DNA from: a virus
Reading direction: 5' to 3' (one strand)
Virus record (IMG/VR): IMGVR_UViG_3300021171_000010
Span: 1 to 64,000 of that record
Length of the DNA stretch: 64,000 nucleotides
The position numbers and the translations under genes were made by a program. The notes beneath the pieces are model-generated. The model had not been told where the DNA came from. It ran no database searches and saw only the letters and a list, made by a program, of their open reading frames with translations. Below are positions 37,801 to 46,718 of this stretch, piece after piece; within the stretch, counting starts at the first letter, position 1; each line of letters begins with the position of its first letter.

Positions 37801-40800
37801 TTATGGGGAACGTCCGCCAGAGACACCGCGTGTGTCTCGCAAAAGCGGCGTCCCCGCCAATGTTGTGGCGCAGAAAATCTCTGCCGCTACTGAGCCCGGA
37901 AGGGTAGTTGAGCCAGCGAAGATTCGAGCAAAGCCCAAGCAGGCCGCCGGGCTTGGCGTGGAACCTGGGACGTTAATAGAGCGCGCGCCATTCAAAGAGC
38001 CAATTTTGGGTGTGCCTACCATCCAGGAAGTAAATCCCACCCGAGGTGCTTTAGAAAATGCCCTGCAGTCCGCCGGTGTTGAAATCCCCAAGATGACAAA
38101 AGTCATCCGCCGGTTGAACCTGGAACATATCCATTCAGTTCAACCGGAACCAAATCTGCCGCGGACCGCGGGCGCCAATGTTCTAACCACCACTGCCGGC
38201 TTTATGCCGGTGACGGATTTTGTTGACCGGCTTGATAAAACCTCGCCGGATGATTGGCGAAACATGGTGACCAATTATCAGGGCCGATTTGGGGGTGGAC
38301 AGACCGGTTTGTCAATAGAGGTTGGGGCTGGGGCAAAAAGTCCTGAGGAAGTGGCAGCTTTGCAATCTGCTACGGAGCGCCAAAGTGAACTAATGCGCGG
38401 GGCTTTAAAGAACAGAGATTTTCAAACTGCCGCGGGATATGCGATTAAGGCGCAGGCAGCTAGAGAGGCTCATGAGGCCGCTACTGGTGGCGGAGGGATG
38501 CCAGATTTTCTGCAAAGGTATCACCCCGAGGCTGGATATAAACCTCCGTTTCCTGAATCGACTTTACAAGCTGCGCCGCGGAATGAAGATGTGGCCAAAG
38601 TGGCAGAGGATTATGTGGGCCGACCGCTGCGTCCCATCGGCAATTTGCCAATCAGCCCCGACTTAGGCAAGCGCCTCGCGGACTTCGCACAGGAAGCGCA
38701 GCACAATCCGGATGACCCTGCTGTGAAGGCTAGTTATGGTGCGTTGAACGCGCAGATTAAACAGCAGTATGACGCAATCCGGAAAGCGGGCTACACTGTA
38801 GAGCCGTGGACCGGCGCAGGCGAGCCTTACAAGTCCAGTGCCGAGATGTCTGCAGACGTGCGCGACAACAAGCACCTTTTCTTCACGCCAACTGCGCGCA
38901 GTTTTAGTGGCCAAGAAAACAACTTGATGCTACAACCCTCTGGCGTGGGTGATTTAAGTCATAATGATTTATTCCGCGCGGTGCATGATTTCTTCGGCCA
39001 CGCCAAGGAGGGGTTGCAGTTTGGTCCCCGGGGTGAATATAATGCTTGGCGGGAACATTCCCAGATGTTCAGCCCGGAAGCTCAGGGCGCCTTAGCTGCC
39101 GAGACTTTGGCTCAAAACGCTTTCGTAAATTTCGGTAGTCATCTCCGCAACGCGGAAGGAAACATACCGGCAGTGGGAGAGCCCGGGTATGTTCCGCCTG
39201 CTCAGCGACCTTTCGCGGAACAAAAAAATTTCGTGGTGCCCTCCGAACTCAGGAAAGCCGCACAATTTCAACCACTTCCTCCCGGTGCTGGCAAAGCTCT
39301 TGATTGGCGTGACTTAGGGAACGATACTCTTGCTCCCGGCCTTCACATCGAAGCTATCGCTGGAAAGCCTCCTGCTGTTCCGATTTCTCAGCTCCAAAAA
39401 GAGGGCTGGAAAACGATGGACTTTCAAGATAATGGAAGCTTCCATGATTACGACAATCGCCCCGTTTTTTACAAAGATAATACGGGAAAATTTCCCGTAA
39501 CTCCTGATGGAGTAAAGGCGGCTTCTGAGGCCGCTAGTAAAGCTTTTGATGAAGCTCAAAATTTAGCGTTCGAAGACCGATATGGCGAAGGCCCCGTTCA
39601 ATATCAGCCTAGACCAATCGAAGAGGCGCGTAGCGAGCCGAAAACGATTCTAATTCGCCACGGAACGACTGCCCTGAATAACACTGACCCGACCAAAGAT
39701 TTAATCCGCGGGCACAAAAACGTTCAGCTTAGTGAAGAGGGCCGACAGCAAGCCGCGGAGCTGGGGCAGCAGCTTAAAACCTCTGGTATCTCCAGAATTT
39801 ATTCCTCTGATTTAGACCGCACCATGGACACTGCCAAGGAAGTGGCCAAAACCACCGGTGCGCCTATAACGCCCGATGCTAGACTAAGGCCCTGGAAACT
39901 TGGAAGCACAATCGAAGGAAAACCGACAGCGGATATGCTGCCTAGAATCAAATCTCTTACTGAGAGTCCAGATGAACGACCGCCCGGCGGAGAGACCTTC
40001 AATGAATTCAAGGACCGTTTTCTTGAAGGCTATCACGCAATCCAGGACGCGCATCCGAATGAGCACACCGCTATAGTGACTCACTATCGCGGCACGAAGT
40101 TGATGGATGCTTGGCGTGCCGCCGGCGTGGATAATGACGAGGTGAAACCAGATGTTTTCGATGCATATGACCCGCACAAAAAACCGGGCAGTTATCAGGT
40201 GCTCGACAAGCAAGGTAATGAGCTACCTCTAGATACCGCTCGCCCGGAGGGAGCTCCAATCACTCACCTCTCTGATGCTGAGTTGAACTCGGCGCCGGGC
40301 ATGACGCGCGAGCAGACTCTGGCAGCCGAGCGAGGGGGAACCCAGCCAGCACAGTTCAAGCCTCGTGAGAAACAGGAAAAAGAAATCGAGCTGCGCCACT
40401 GGTCAAACATTCCGGGACTCAAAGTGCTTGACCCTCGTTTTCATGGCACCGGCTTGAGTGGTGAGGAACGCGCCCGAGCCCGTGACTACAAAGAAATTTA
40501 CGTGCCTCGCACCTATTTTGGAACGAAGGATTACACCAAAGAGCCGAACCTGGGGCCAGAGCAATACCGCGCTTTTGTGCAGCGCAGCAAGCTCTACCCG
40601 TTTCAGGAAGACCCCAAAGATTTGTGGCCCACGCCGGAGGAAGTGGAAAAGGCCGGATACGCGCCGATGGACTCTCGCGCGGCGAATACGCTTTACGAAA
40701 ATAAGATTGCGCAGGCTGGTTATGAGGGCTATATTCACCGTGATGCAAAAGTCGCTGCGAAGTTCACCAAGACTCCGGTAGAATATTTAGGCTCTATGGC

Positions 40801-42715
40801 CCAATTCTCACCATCTACCAAACCTCGTGCTATCCGAGCAGCCGCAGTGCAAGACAAAGACACTGGCCAAATTTTCGAAGGTTTTGCACATTTTGATGCT
40901 CACGGAAAAATGCTGGATGCTGGTTATAATCCTCACGACTTGTTTCAGCACCCGCAGGGTTTTGTGACAAATGAAGGTGAATTTTTGGACCGAGAACAGG
41001 CTTTAAAAAGGGCGAGAGAATTGGACCAAATACGTCCTTCCTACGCCGAAAATAAAACGCGAACGCGTGCTATTGCTGAGGCTATAGATATGGCCGCCAA
41101 ACCCCCATCCTCAGCAGAGCCGGCCGGGCCGGCGCAATTCAAACCCGCGGGCGCTCCCAAACTGGAAGATTTCCAATCTGAAGACAAAATAGCTAAAGCG
41201 CTCGCGCGCCCGGGATGGGCATTACTCACCGCGACCGAAGAGCGAAAAGGTCCCGGCACTGCTCCGGTAAATGTGAAAGCAAACGAACGCTTATCAGACA
41301 GACTCGCTCAGCTCGGTTATGATTTCACTCCTGTAGCTGGCAGCTATAAAGGCATCGACCAAGGCCAGAATTTTCTCGTGACTGGCATTTCTCCACAGGA
41401 TGCTCTCACGCTGGGGAAGGAATTCAATCAAGAATCCGTTCTTACTCCCGCCGGACTGGTGTATCAAGACGGAAGTGTGCACCCCGCCAAGCCGGAAGAG
41501 ACTACCATAGGCAAAGCGGCCAAGAAAAACGATTTCTATTCCCAAGTCCAGGGCGGCCCGGCATTTTCGATGGGTATCGATTTCGAGAACAAGATTCCCG
41601 CTTCTGAAGCTCCAGTCCCCGCGGCTCGGCCAGAGCAGCAGATGATGGGCGGAGAGTTTTCGCCCACCAAAGAGCTGGCCGGCAATCAAATGTCGCCCAC
41701 GGAGCTGAAGGAACATTACCCGGAAGCGATTGTAGTGCCTGATAAGGAAAACGGCAAGCCTGTAGGCATCCCTTCGGATATCAAAGAATCTCCACTCTAC
41801 AAAGAGCATGAGACTGAAGCTGAGGCAGTGGACACTTTCGCTAAACGACTCGCAGACTTTGCTCGCCAATACAAAGACAACCCAGCTTACAAAGATGGGC
41901 TGCGTTGGTATTCTGAATTCGTCCCGCTTTTGAAAAAGCATTTTGGCGAGCATGCCCAAATAATGGCTGAGCTCCTGGCGGCCACAAGCCCGCAGAACAA
42001 TCCACAGCAAAATTTTGCGATGGCGAATGATGCGCTGGAAATGTGGAAGCGCGGCAAGTTCGATAAACAGCTCGCTAAATTCGAAGAAGGTGCAAAAAAG
42101 ATTGAAGATGGGACTTGGAAAGATTCCGGGGCGCCGACCGAAGCAAAATTCATGGCTGACTGGATTGATGAGCACGATTTAAAACCGCGGCAGAGCAATG
42201 GAAAGCTTTATAACATGCACTCTGTGCCAGTGCTTCAGGTGCTCGCCCGCAAGTGGCTAGAAAACACCGGCGGCCCGAAGACTCAAAACTTCGTCAAGAA
42301 TCTCTTGGGCACCGGGCATGGCGCCACTTATGATGTGTGGGCTGACCGTACCCTTCGCAGAATCGGATATTCAGGGCATCAAGCGCGATGGCGAATCCTG
42401 CCAAAGAACGCGGTGGGGGTCTCAGATGCTGATTTTGCTTTCGGCCAGAAAGTTTTCGCCAAGGCAGCCAAGGAGCTCGGCGTGAGGCCGGATTCTCTGC
42501 AGGGCGGTCTGTGGTTCGCAGAAAAACAATTGTGGGCGGACAACGGGTGGGGTAGACTTGACTTAGGCGATTTTCGGAAAGAAATCCAGAATCGCGAGTT
42601 GCTGAACCGCGGCATTGTGCAGCGCTTGGCAGCTACGGAAGCGGCGCAGCAAGCTCCTCAGACTGCGCAGAGCGGATTTGATTTGGGAATGATTGAACCG
42701 AGACCGATTCGATGA
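34805..42715 (+). CDS. giant modular ejection / polyvalent protein (HExxH peptidase, histidine phosphatase, ART-like, DUF3293-like and HhH-like domains)
   Basis: 2636 aa. APHEAVH at about 36560; VHDFFGH..GE domain; LIRHG...SSDL.R...PPGGE...VTH phosphatase; RHWS..L..LDP.F.GTG ART-like segment; WALLTA...FNQESVL; C-terminal WY...AATSPQ...GPKT..F..NL...DVW...LQGGLW domain. Confidence 0.8.
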   Translation: MPTFTAPDGSPVTLTPEQQTQALSLASAATPEATFTRPDGTPVTLAPEQQSQALQQAQSPAPMLSRPDGTPLDVTSLHAEQLAELNKQEPGFDLPSVWNSLPAEQKTPDALARFSEASHLVHQQPFSLPTVTKMLSNLWQLAKGGGEMISNLAKGGALIVGGYPGAGTWMDPQKVKEVQQGIAEGWSGTESAVTGLANQLKETVVRHVIQPPNTLDPAVKQQNFLDEAAMADQQSQILKGRGEFMNRVGGDEISYLESQGFPVRPEHAANLAQVDPFTFYLFGKAFDALPAATKAAIPTPILDAIQKASDTATDTAKQIVGGGAAATAAVLQGVGAGVTKAAPHIGRPAAAIAGGIHAGVPGAVTGLVFGKGMTESLSEMGKKIASAAKGTAKFGEGVSSEAATGPVSQAAKDIIEAAPGALAGVAQGAALDVGLQAATAETPQQQQSFTPVGTAMGLTHGAMSAGKWMLGGQLAGERNWGATAGVPNSAAFPALNTLHNAAMSAAPPKIQERIRAIQQLKQGVNPNTDVFYIPDPVGVMAALGATPGAEQHAFQAGAANGVFLKDLPGANGQKRNAIIFQNVDAAPHEAVHAMDAALGAERVNELNQSAKSDYGDLWDQFTSHYANLLNGGQPLPEGTTPGDFLLQQSGFGPEAARNKTGGDGSDWQTALTPDEKQNAIDRYIGAEIRAENGDAYFKRTGGKAPGFTDKMANAAGELVSLLGGNPLEGRVSSGLQLPLRWDTFKQAGQTLAEARANVPPALRPVARTPLTTKTVPTTPEEIQQNADDARVIAGQQPAEKPTGAEGEQSPKEALGTVAEAIASQSPVRYQYRGAAGETPTGGALETDVSQRQAEIAKAQNVSETDRDLFERVGFPYKVEMTGKGPQVLDWAPVNLAANAFRWSKALSELAKKNPNAPELARNPFALDVAKGEFTTEGWHDLLDTAQKVSANQLAGFGGAGQKIVVPSDLGAANVYAPPRVSETAPFQVDQAKADFINMLYGERPPETPRVSRKSGVPANVVAQKISAATEPGRVVEPAKIRAKPKQAAGLGVEPGTLIERAPFKEPILGVPTIQEVNPTRGALENALQSAGVEIPKMTKVIRRLNLEHIHSVQPEPNLPRTAGANVLTTTAGFMPVTDFVDRLDKTSPDDWRNMVTNYQGRFGGGQTGLSIEVGAGAKSPEEVAALQSATERQSELMRGALKNRDFQTAAGYAIKAQAAREAHEAATGGGGMPDFLQRYHPEAGYKPPFPESTLQAAPRNEDVAKVAEDYVGRPLRPIGNLPISPDLGKRLADFAQEAQHNPDDPAVKASYGALNAQIKQQYDAIRKAGYTVEPWTGAGEPYKSSAEMSADVRDNKHLFFTPTARSFSGQENNLMLQPSGVGDLSHNDLFRAVHDFFGHAKEGLQFGPRGEYNAWREHSQMFSPEAQGALAAETLAQNAFVNFGSHLRNAEGNIPAVGEPGYVPPAQRPFAEQKNFVVPSELRKAAQFQPLPPGAGKALDWRDLGNDTLAPGLHIEAIAGKPPAVPISQLQKEGWKTMDFQDNGSFHDYDNRPVFYKDNTGKFPVTPDGVKAASEAASKAFDEAQNLAFEDRYGEGPVQYQPRPIEEARSEPKTILIRHGTTALNNTDPTKDLIRGHKNVQLSEEGRQQAAELGQQLKTSGISRIYSSDLDRTMDTAKEVAKTTGAPITPDARLRPWKLGSTIEGKPTADMLPRIKSLTESPDERPPGGETFNEFKDRFLEGYHAIQDAHPNEHTAIVTHYRGTKLMDAWRAAGVDNDEVKPDVFDAYDPHKKPGSYQVLDKQGNELPLDTARPEGAPITHLSDAELNSAPGMTREQTLAAERGGTQPAQFKPREKQEKEIELRHWSNIPGLKVLDPRFHGTGLSGEERARARDYKEIYVPRTYFGTKDYTKEPNLGPEQYRAFVQRSKLYPFQEDPKDLWPTPEEVEKAGYAPMDSRAANTLYENKIAQAGYEGYIHRDAKVAAKFTKTPVEYLGSMAQFSPSTKPRAIRAAAVQDKDTGQIFEGFAHFDAHGKMLDAGYNPHDLFQHPQGFVTNEGEFLDREQALKRARELDQIRPSYAENKTRTRAIAEAIDMAAKPPSSAEPAGPAQFKPAGAPKLEDFQSEDKIAKALARPGWALLTATEERKGPGTAPVNVKANERLSDRLAQLGYDFTPVAGSYKGIDQGQNFLVTGISPQDALTLGKEFNQESVLTPAGLVYQDGSVHPAKPEETTIGKAAKKNDFYSQVQGGPAFSMGIDFENKIPASEAPVPAARPEQQMMGGEFSPTKELAGNQMSPTELKEHYPEAIVVPDKENGKPVGIPSDIKESPLYKEHETEAEAVDTFAKRLADFARQYKDNPAYKDGLRWYSEFVPLLKKHFGEHAQIMAELLAATSPQNNPQQNFAMANDALEMWKRGKFDKQLAKFEEGAKKIEDGTWKDSGAPTEAKFMADWIDEHDLKPRQSNGKLYNMHSVPVLQVLARKWLENTGGPKTQNFVKNLLGTGHGATYDVWADRTLRRIGYSGHQARWRILPKNAVGVSDADFAFGQKVFAKAAKELGVRPDSLQGGLWFAEKQLWADNGWGRLDLGDFRKEIQNRELLNRGIVQRLAATEAAQQAPQTAQSGFDLGMIEPRPIR

Positions 42716-42885
42716 AAACTAAACTGACAGAGAAGCAAAAAACTGAACTAGCTGGGGTTGCAAAATATTCTGCCGCCTCAGCGACTGATTCACCGTTTTG
42801 GAATGATGTGCTGCAGCACCTGGAAGACAGCCACGCGAAGCGGCAAGCACAGATTGAGCCTCGCAAACTGAAAGGAAACTATTAA
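42712..42885 (+). CDS. hypothetical protein, 57 aa (not in the ORF track)
   Basis: ATGA overlap with the giant gene; MKTKLTEKQKTELAG...KLKGNY*. Confidence 0.5.
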   Translation: MKTKLTEKQKTELAGVAKYSAASATDSPFWNDVLQHLEDSHAKRQAQIEPRKLKGNY

Positions 42886-42888
42886 TTT

Positions 42889-43581
42889 ATGGCAACTGAT
42901 ACTAGCATGATTCAACCAGCGGATGACGCTGCTCCGCCTTCTCCTCAGGTCCAGCCCGCCAATGCACCAGCACCCCCTGCCGGGCCAAAGCTTTCCGAAA
43001 AGCTGCTCAAGATGCCGGCGATGCAAGCGCTTTTCGCTGGTGCACCTCCGGCCCTGAGCGCACCCACCAAGGACTTTACTCAATCCAAGCGGGACGAGGC
43101 TAAGATAATCAAGGACAATCTCCCAGCGCTGCAGCAGGTCGGCATGGGCTTTTACAAGTCCCTGAGCGGTCATCTGGGGGTTATATACAACATGCTGCAT
43201 GTGCACCTGCAGGATTTGCAGGCTGCAGATAAAGCCGGCAAGTTGACCGTCTTGGCGCCAGATTTTGATTCCATCACCCACGCAGTGTCCAAAAGTGGGG
43301 CACGTAACCCTGTCCTGGCGGTCCGGGGTGTTCCTAAAGGCTTCAAAACTCCTACTCCCCAGGCCCCGCCTCTGGCCGCCCCGGTGCCCCCAGGCGCTTC
43401 TGGACCCGCTCCCGCCCCTATGTCACCTCCTCCGGCTCCGCAAGTGCGCCCCGCCCCCGCCGGCGTTCAGCGCAAGCTAGCTAATGCGAGAGTGGCGAAC
43501 CTTCAACCGGGCGCCCCGACTTCTGGGGCTTCTCCGGGTGCCGGCCGATTGCTGAACGCAATCATGAAGCCAGTCATCTAA
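42889..43581 (+). CDS. Pro-rich hypothetical late protein
   Basis: ACTATTA motif 4 nt upstream of the ATG; last + strand gene. Confidence 0.7.
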   Translation: MATDTSMIQPADDAAPPSPQVQPANAPAPPAGPKLSEKLLKMPAMQALFAGAPPALSAPTKDFTQSKRDEAKIIKDNLPALQQVGMGFYKSLSGHLGVIYNMLHVHLQDLQAADKAGKLTVLAPDFDSITHAVSKSGARNPVLAVRGVPKGFKTPTPQAPPLAAPVPPGASGPAPAPMSPPPAPQVRPAPAGVQRKLANARVANLQPGAPTSGASPGAGRLLNAIMKPVI

Positions 43582-43917
43582 ATTCTCACTGCTGAGAAAT
43601 GTGCCTTCGGCGGTCATGCCCAACTTTTGGGCGATGGCAGAAAACTCCGGTCCATGTCCTGGCACCGGGCAAGCCGCATGACAGAGCTCGTGCAATAAAA
43701 ATTGAAGCATCTGGCGCCGGCCGGGGAATTTCTTACTAATGACGACCACGTTCACCGCACGGTGAAACTCCCCAAAATAGTGAACATGCTGGCAGTCTCC
43801 CAGGAACACGCGCAGCCGAGTAGGTAGCGGGTGCCCGATTCGAATGAACTCGCCGCGCATTAGCTTTACTGCGCGGCGTAGCCATTTTTCCTTGAGCGCT
43901 CGTCTAGTGAGAGGCAT
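43477..43917 (-). CDS. SprT-like zinc metalloprotease
   Basis: LLHELCHAA...GHGPEF...LGM. Confidence 0.7.
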   Translation of the reverse strand: MPLTRRALKEKWLRRAVKLMRGEFIRIGHPLPTRLRVFLGDCQHVHYFGEFHRAVNVVVISKKFPGRRQMLQFLLHELCHAACPVPGHGPEFSAIAQKLGMTAEGTFLSSENLDDWLHDCVQQSAGTRRSPRSRGARLKVRHSRIS

Positions 43918-44386
43918 CTGGAAAATTTAAAGCCGCGAAATCACCAAAAAGTTTTTGTGCCGCGGCATCGTAAGCCTTGGCGGCCTCTACTTCATCATCG
44001 AAGTATCCTAAGTGTTTCTGGCAAGCATCAAGGACAATATATGCTCGCCAGCACTGGTCCCTTCGATACCAGCTCACGCCTTTGAAGCGACTGGTTCGTT
44101 TGCCTTGACGCGGTAAAATTTGATAACGCACGTTTTGAGCATTAGTGCAGACTCGTAAATTATCAAACCAGTTGTGCAGGCCATTGCCATCCCAGTGATT
44201 CACTTTTGCGGAATCCGGCGCGTTTACTAGCCATCTATGTAAGTAAACGAGCGAACCAGCGATGCGCGCTCTGGCATAAATAGTTTTCTCTCTTCGGTCC
44301 GCATGCCACTTATGAAGATTAACACTAGCAAACACCGAATCATCCACCAAGGCAACTAATCCCTGAGAAAGGGGAACGACTTTCAC
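43904..44386 (-). CDS. HNH-AP2 homing endonuclease (copy 2)
   Basis: ALVDD, YLHR, VNHWDGNGLHN..DNLR, SRFKGVSW...EAAKAYD.AA..LFGDFAALNFP. Confidence 0.9.
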   Translation of the reverse strand: MKVVPLSQGLVALVDDSVFASVNLHKWHADRREKTIYARARIAGSLVYLHRWLVNAPDSAKVNHWDGNGLHNWFDNLRVCTNAQNVRYQILPRQGKRTSRFKGVSWYRRDQCWRAYIVLDACQKHLGYFDDEVEAAKAYDAAAQKLFGDFAALNFPDASH

Positions 44387-45654
44387 GGCGTGACTGAAAA
44401 GGTTCCAACGTTACCATGCTCAGGATGCCAAAGAAAAGCCTCTGCCGCCCTTAACCCGTCATAGCCCTTCATGCGGTGCCACGCGTCAGCGGGGCAAAGG
44501 CTGGGGATGATTCGGACCCGAACACCGTTCTGTTCCTCTACCGGCTGCCAGAAGATTTCCTTTTTGTGGTGCCAATGACCGAGATGAATCTCGCGGAACT
44601 TCGCAACGGCCCACAGTTCTGGCTTCTCAGTCGCCATAATGAGCGGCAAGTTTTTGTGAGGTTCATTGTGCCCATGCGTGTATCCGATTAAGCACTTGCC
44701 AAAGGCATAATATTTTCGCAAAGTCGGGGCATTGTTAACAGTCACCCCGGGAGTTTTATTGAACCAACCTTCCAGGGTATCGCCCAGATAAAAAATTCTT
44801 TCGGTATCGTGATTTCCAGACACCATCACCACATCAACTGGCGCAATCTCTCGGAGTCGAAGAATTGCGTCCACCATTAACTTACGACCCGCCACGAAGG
44901 ATTTCTGATACCTAACGTCCTCATGTTGTGGCGTGCCCGCGGTAGTCGTTTGCGCCGCATTGTCAACATTAAAAAAGTCGTTGCCGACTGGAAAAACAAT
45001 TCTCCCGATAGGGAAACCTTTTGCCCGGGAAATGAGCCGCTCAAGCGCGGTAGAAAAAACAGACTGTGCGATTTTTGCATCATAGTTCTCTCCGGATTCG
45101 GGAGCCCAACAGAGTTTGCCTAGGTGTAAATCAAAAATAGAAATTTCCAATAAATGACCTTCGGTGCGCAAAGCGCAATCGCGAACGATTGCCGGACGCT
45201 TCGGCGCCTGCTGTGCGAATTGTTTCAACATTTCCTTAATCAACTCGCGGGTCTGGTTCACCACTATTCGTTTCTTCAGCCACGCTTTGACCTGAAACAG
45301 GGGCAATTTATCGGCCTCGTCGTTCTTGTCTTTGTAGCCCATCTCCCACTTGTTGACTACATAACGTTCAACTTCCCAAACGGACAAATCTACTTTAGTA
45401 AACTGCAGAAGCTGGTCAAGAGAAGTAATCTCTCGACTACAAGAGGAAGCGAAGCCGGTAGCGCCGGAATCTTCGAAAGTTGTTCCTTCTTTTGGGGTAT
45501 TAGGCGCCGCCGGTAGGGGAAGATGAGCTATCTTCGCCGTCACTTGGGAGACTCGGCGGCCGAGGGCTTCGGCGATTTCTTTTGCGGTCTTTCCCTGGGA
45601 GCGGAGTTGCGTCAGGGTTTGCGTTTCTGTTTTTGTCCAAGGGAGCTTGTTCAT
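44383..45654 (-). CDS. calcineurin-like metallophosphoesterase with N-terminal Myb/HTH-like segment
   Basis: DLHLG, GNDFF, SGNHD, THGH, GHWHH; N-terminal WT..E...L...G.T.KEIAEALGR. Start placed at ATG 45654. Confidence 0.82.
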   Translation of the reverse strand: MNKLPWTKTETQTLTQLRSQGKTAKEIAEALGRRVSQVTAKIAHLPLPAAPNTPKEGTTFEDSGATGFASSCSREITSLDQLLQFTKVDLSVWEVERYVVNKWEMGYKDKNDEADKLPLFQVKAWLKKRIVVNQTRELIKEMLKQFAQQAPKRPAIVRDCALRTEGHLLEISIFDLHLGKLCWAPESGENYDAKIAQSVFSTALERLISRAKGFPIGRIVFPVGNDFFNVDNAAQTTTAGTPQHEDVRYQKSFVAGRKLMVDAILRLREIAPVDVVMVSGNHDTERIFYLGDTLEGWFNKTPGVTVNNAPTLRKYYAFGKCLIGYTHGHNEPHKNLPLIMATEKPELWAVAKFREIHLGHWHHKKEIFWQPVEEQNGVRVRIIPSLCPADAWHRMKGYDGLRAAEAFLWHPEHGNVGTFSVTP

Positions 45655-46246
45655 TTTTAGTTTCAACACCGTTTTTTTCCAACCATTCGTGAGTAAAGGG
45701 AGTCTGCCGGCCGGCAAAGGCTTCGTCAAAAGCGAACAGACATTGCTCAACTGTAGGGCCGATGCCCACCAAGCAGGTAGGCGAATTCAAATCCCCTTTG
45801 AAAGCGGCCCAGTCGCCTGTTTTCAACCGCACCAGGGTAGGATTCAACCGAGTATGGGGCGAGGAAATTTCTAGAGAGGCTTTTTTCTGCGCTTCCAGAC
45901 TTTCCAGGTTCAGCTTGATGGCTGCCTTGTAGTCGGCCTCGACCTGCTTTTGAAATTCGCTGTCCCACCGCGCGCTGTCATCCAAAATCGCATCCAGGCG
46001 TTCACACACCTTGATAAAAGTGTTCTCTGCAGCGACAAGGGCTTCCCCAGGCAACGCCTTTTCGGCGGAGGGCACGGAAGACTCATTGTATTCCATGTTC
46101 TGTGCCTTCACGTTACAGGCGGTAATCATCATGCCGATGATTTGCAAACAGGTGTTCACCTGCTGCTGAGTCGCCAACTCCCGCATCGAAAGCTGAATTT
46201 GTGGAGGATTCACGATTTGATTCTGCCTAAATGATTGATTGCCCAT
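45500..46246 (-). CDS. hypothetical protein
   Basis: 248-aa ORF; its C-terminal tail overlaps the next gene. Confidence 0.65.
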   Translation of the reverse strand: MGNQSFRQNQIVNPPQIQLSMRELATQQQVNTCLQIIGMMITACNVKAQNMEYNESSVPSAEKALPGEALVAAENTFIKVCERLDAILDDSARWDSEFQKQVEADYKAAIKLNLESLEAQKKASLEISSPHTRLNPTLVRLKTGDWAAFKGDLNSPTCLVGIGPTVEQCLFAFDEAFAGRQTPFTHEWLEKNGVETKNEQAPLDKNRNANPDATPLPGKDRKRNRRSPRPPSLPSDGEDSSSSPTGGA

Positions 46247-46718
46247 ACTTTAAAAAGTTTGTCCTCGCAAATTCTCCAAAAAATTTCCGAGCCGCAGCAT
46301 CATATGCCTTAGCAGCCTTTTCTGCCGTGTCGAATCTTCCAAGGTATTTGAGCCGATTGTTTACTCGAATACTAGCTTGCCACATCCCATTATGCCAGCT
46401 AACGCCCTTGAAACCGGAGGTATTGTTTCGGCTCATACCCTTGTTTTGCTGATTTTGGTGCCGAGTAACACGAAGATTATAGCGCTGATAATTTAGAGAA
46501 TTTCCATCAGCATGGTCTCCTTGTGTTTTAGGATTATCAAGTCCCAAAATTAAACGATGCATCAGGATAAGCTTACGCATGCCTTTGCATCTAATACTGC
46601 GCGCGGCATAATATCCGCTATTCACTTCCATTGCATACCAATTCCATTGGCTGAGCCATTCAAAATCAGCATCATCAACTAAAGCAAATTGACCCTTTGT
46701 CAAGGGAATCTGTTTCAT
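46227..46718 (-). CDS. HNH-AP2 homing endonuclease (copy 3)
   Basis: MKQIPLTKGQFALVDDADFEWL, MHRLILG, GDHADGN, NTSGFKGVSW, AAKAYD.AA...FGEFARTNF. Confidence 0.9.
   Translation of the reverse strand: MKQIPLTKGQFALVDDADFEWLSQWNWYAMEVNSGYYAARSIRCKGMRKLILMHRLILGLDNPKTQGDHADGNSLNYQRYNLRVTRHQNQQNKGMSRNNTSGFKGVSWHNGMWQASIRVNNRLKYLGRFDTAEKAAKAYDAAARKFFGEFARTNFLKYGQSII

Noticed and set aside
7852-42175. Long antisense ORFs (e.g. 7852-8484, 9325-10200, 16765-17493, 33482-34297, 41294-42175)
   Set aside because: Shadow frames of GC-biased genuine genes, with no motifs or start context.
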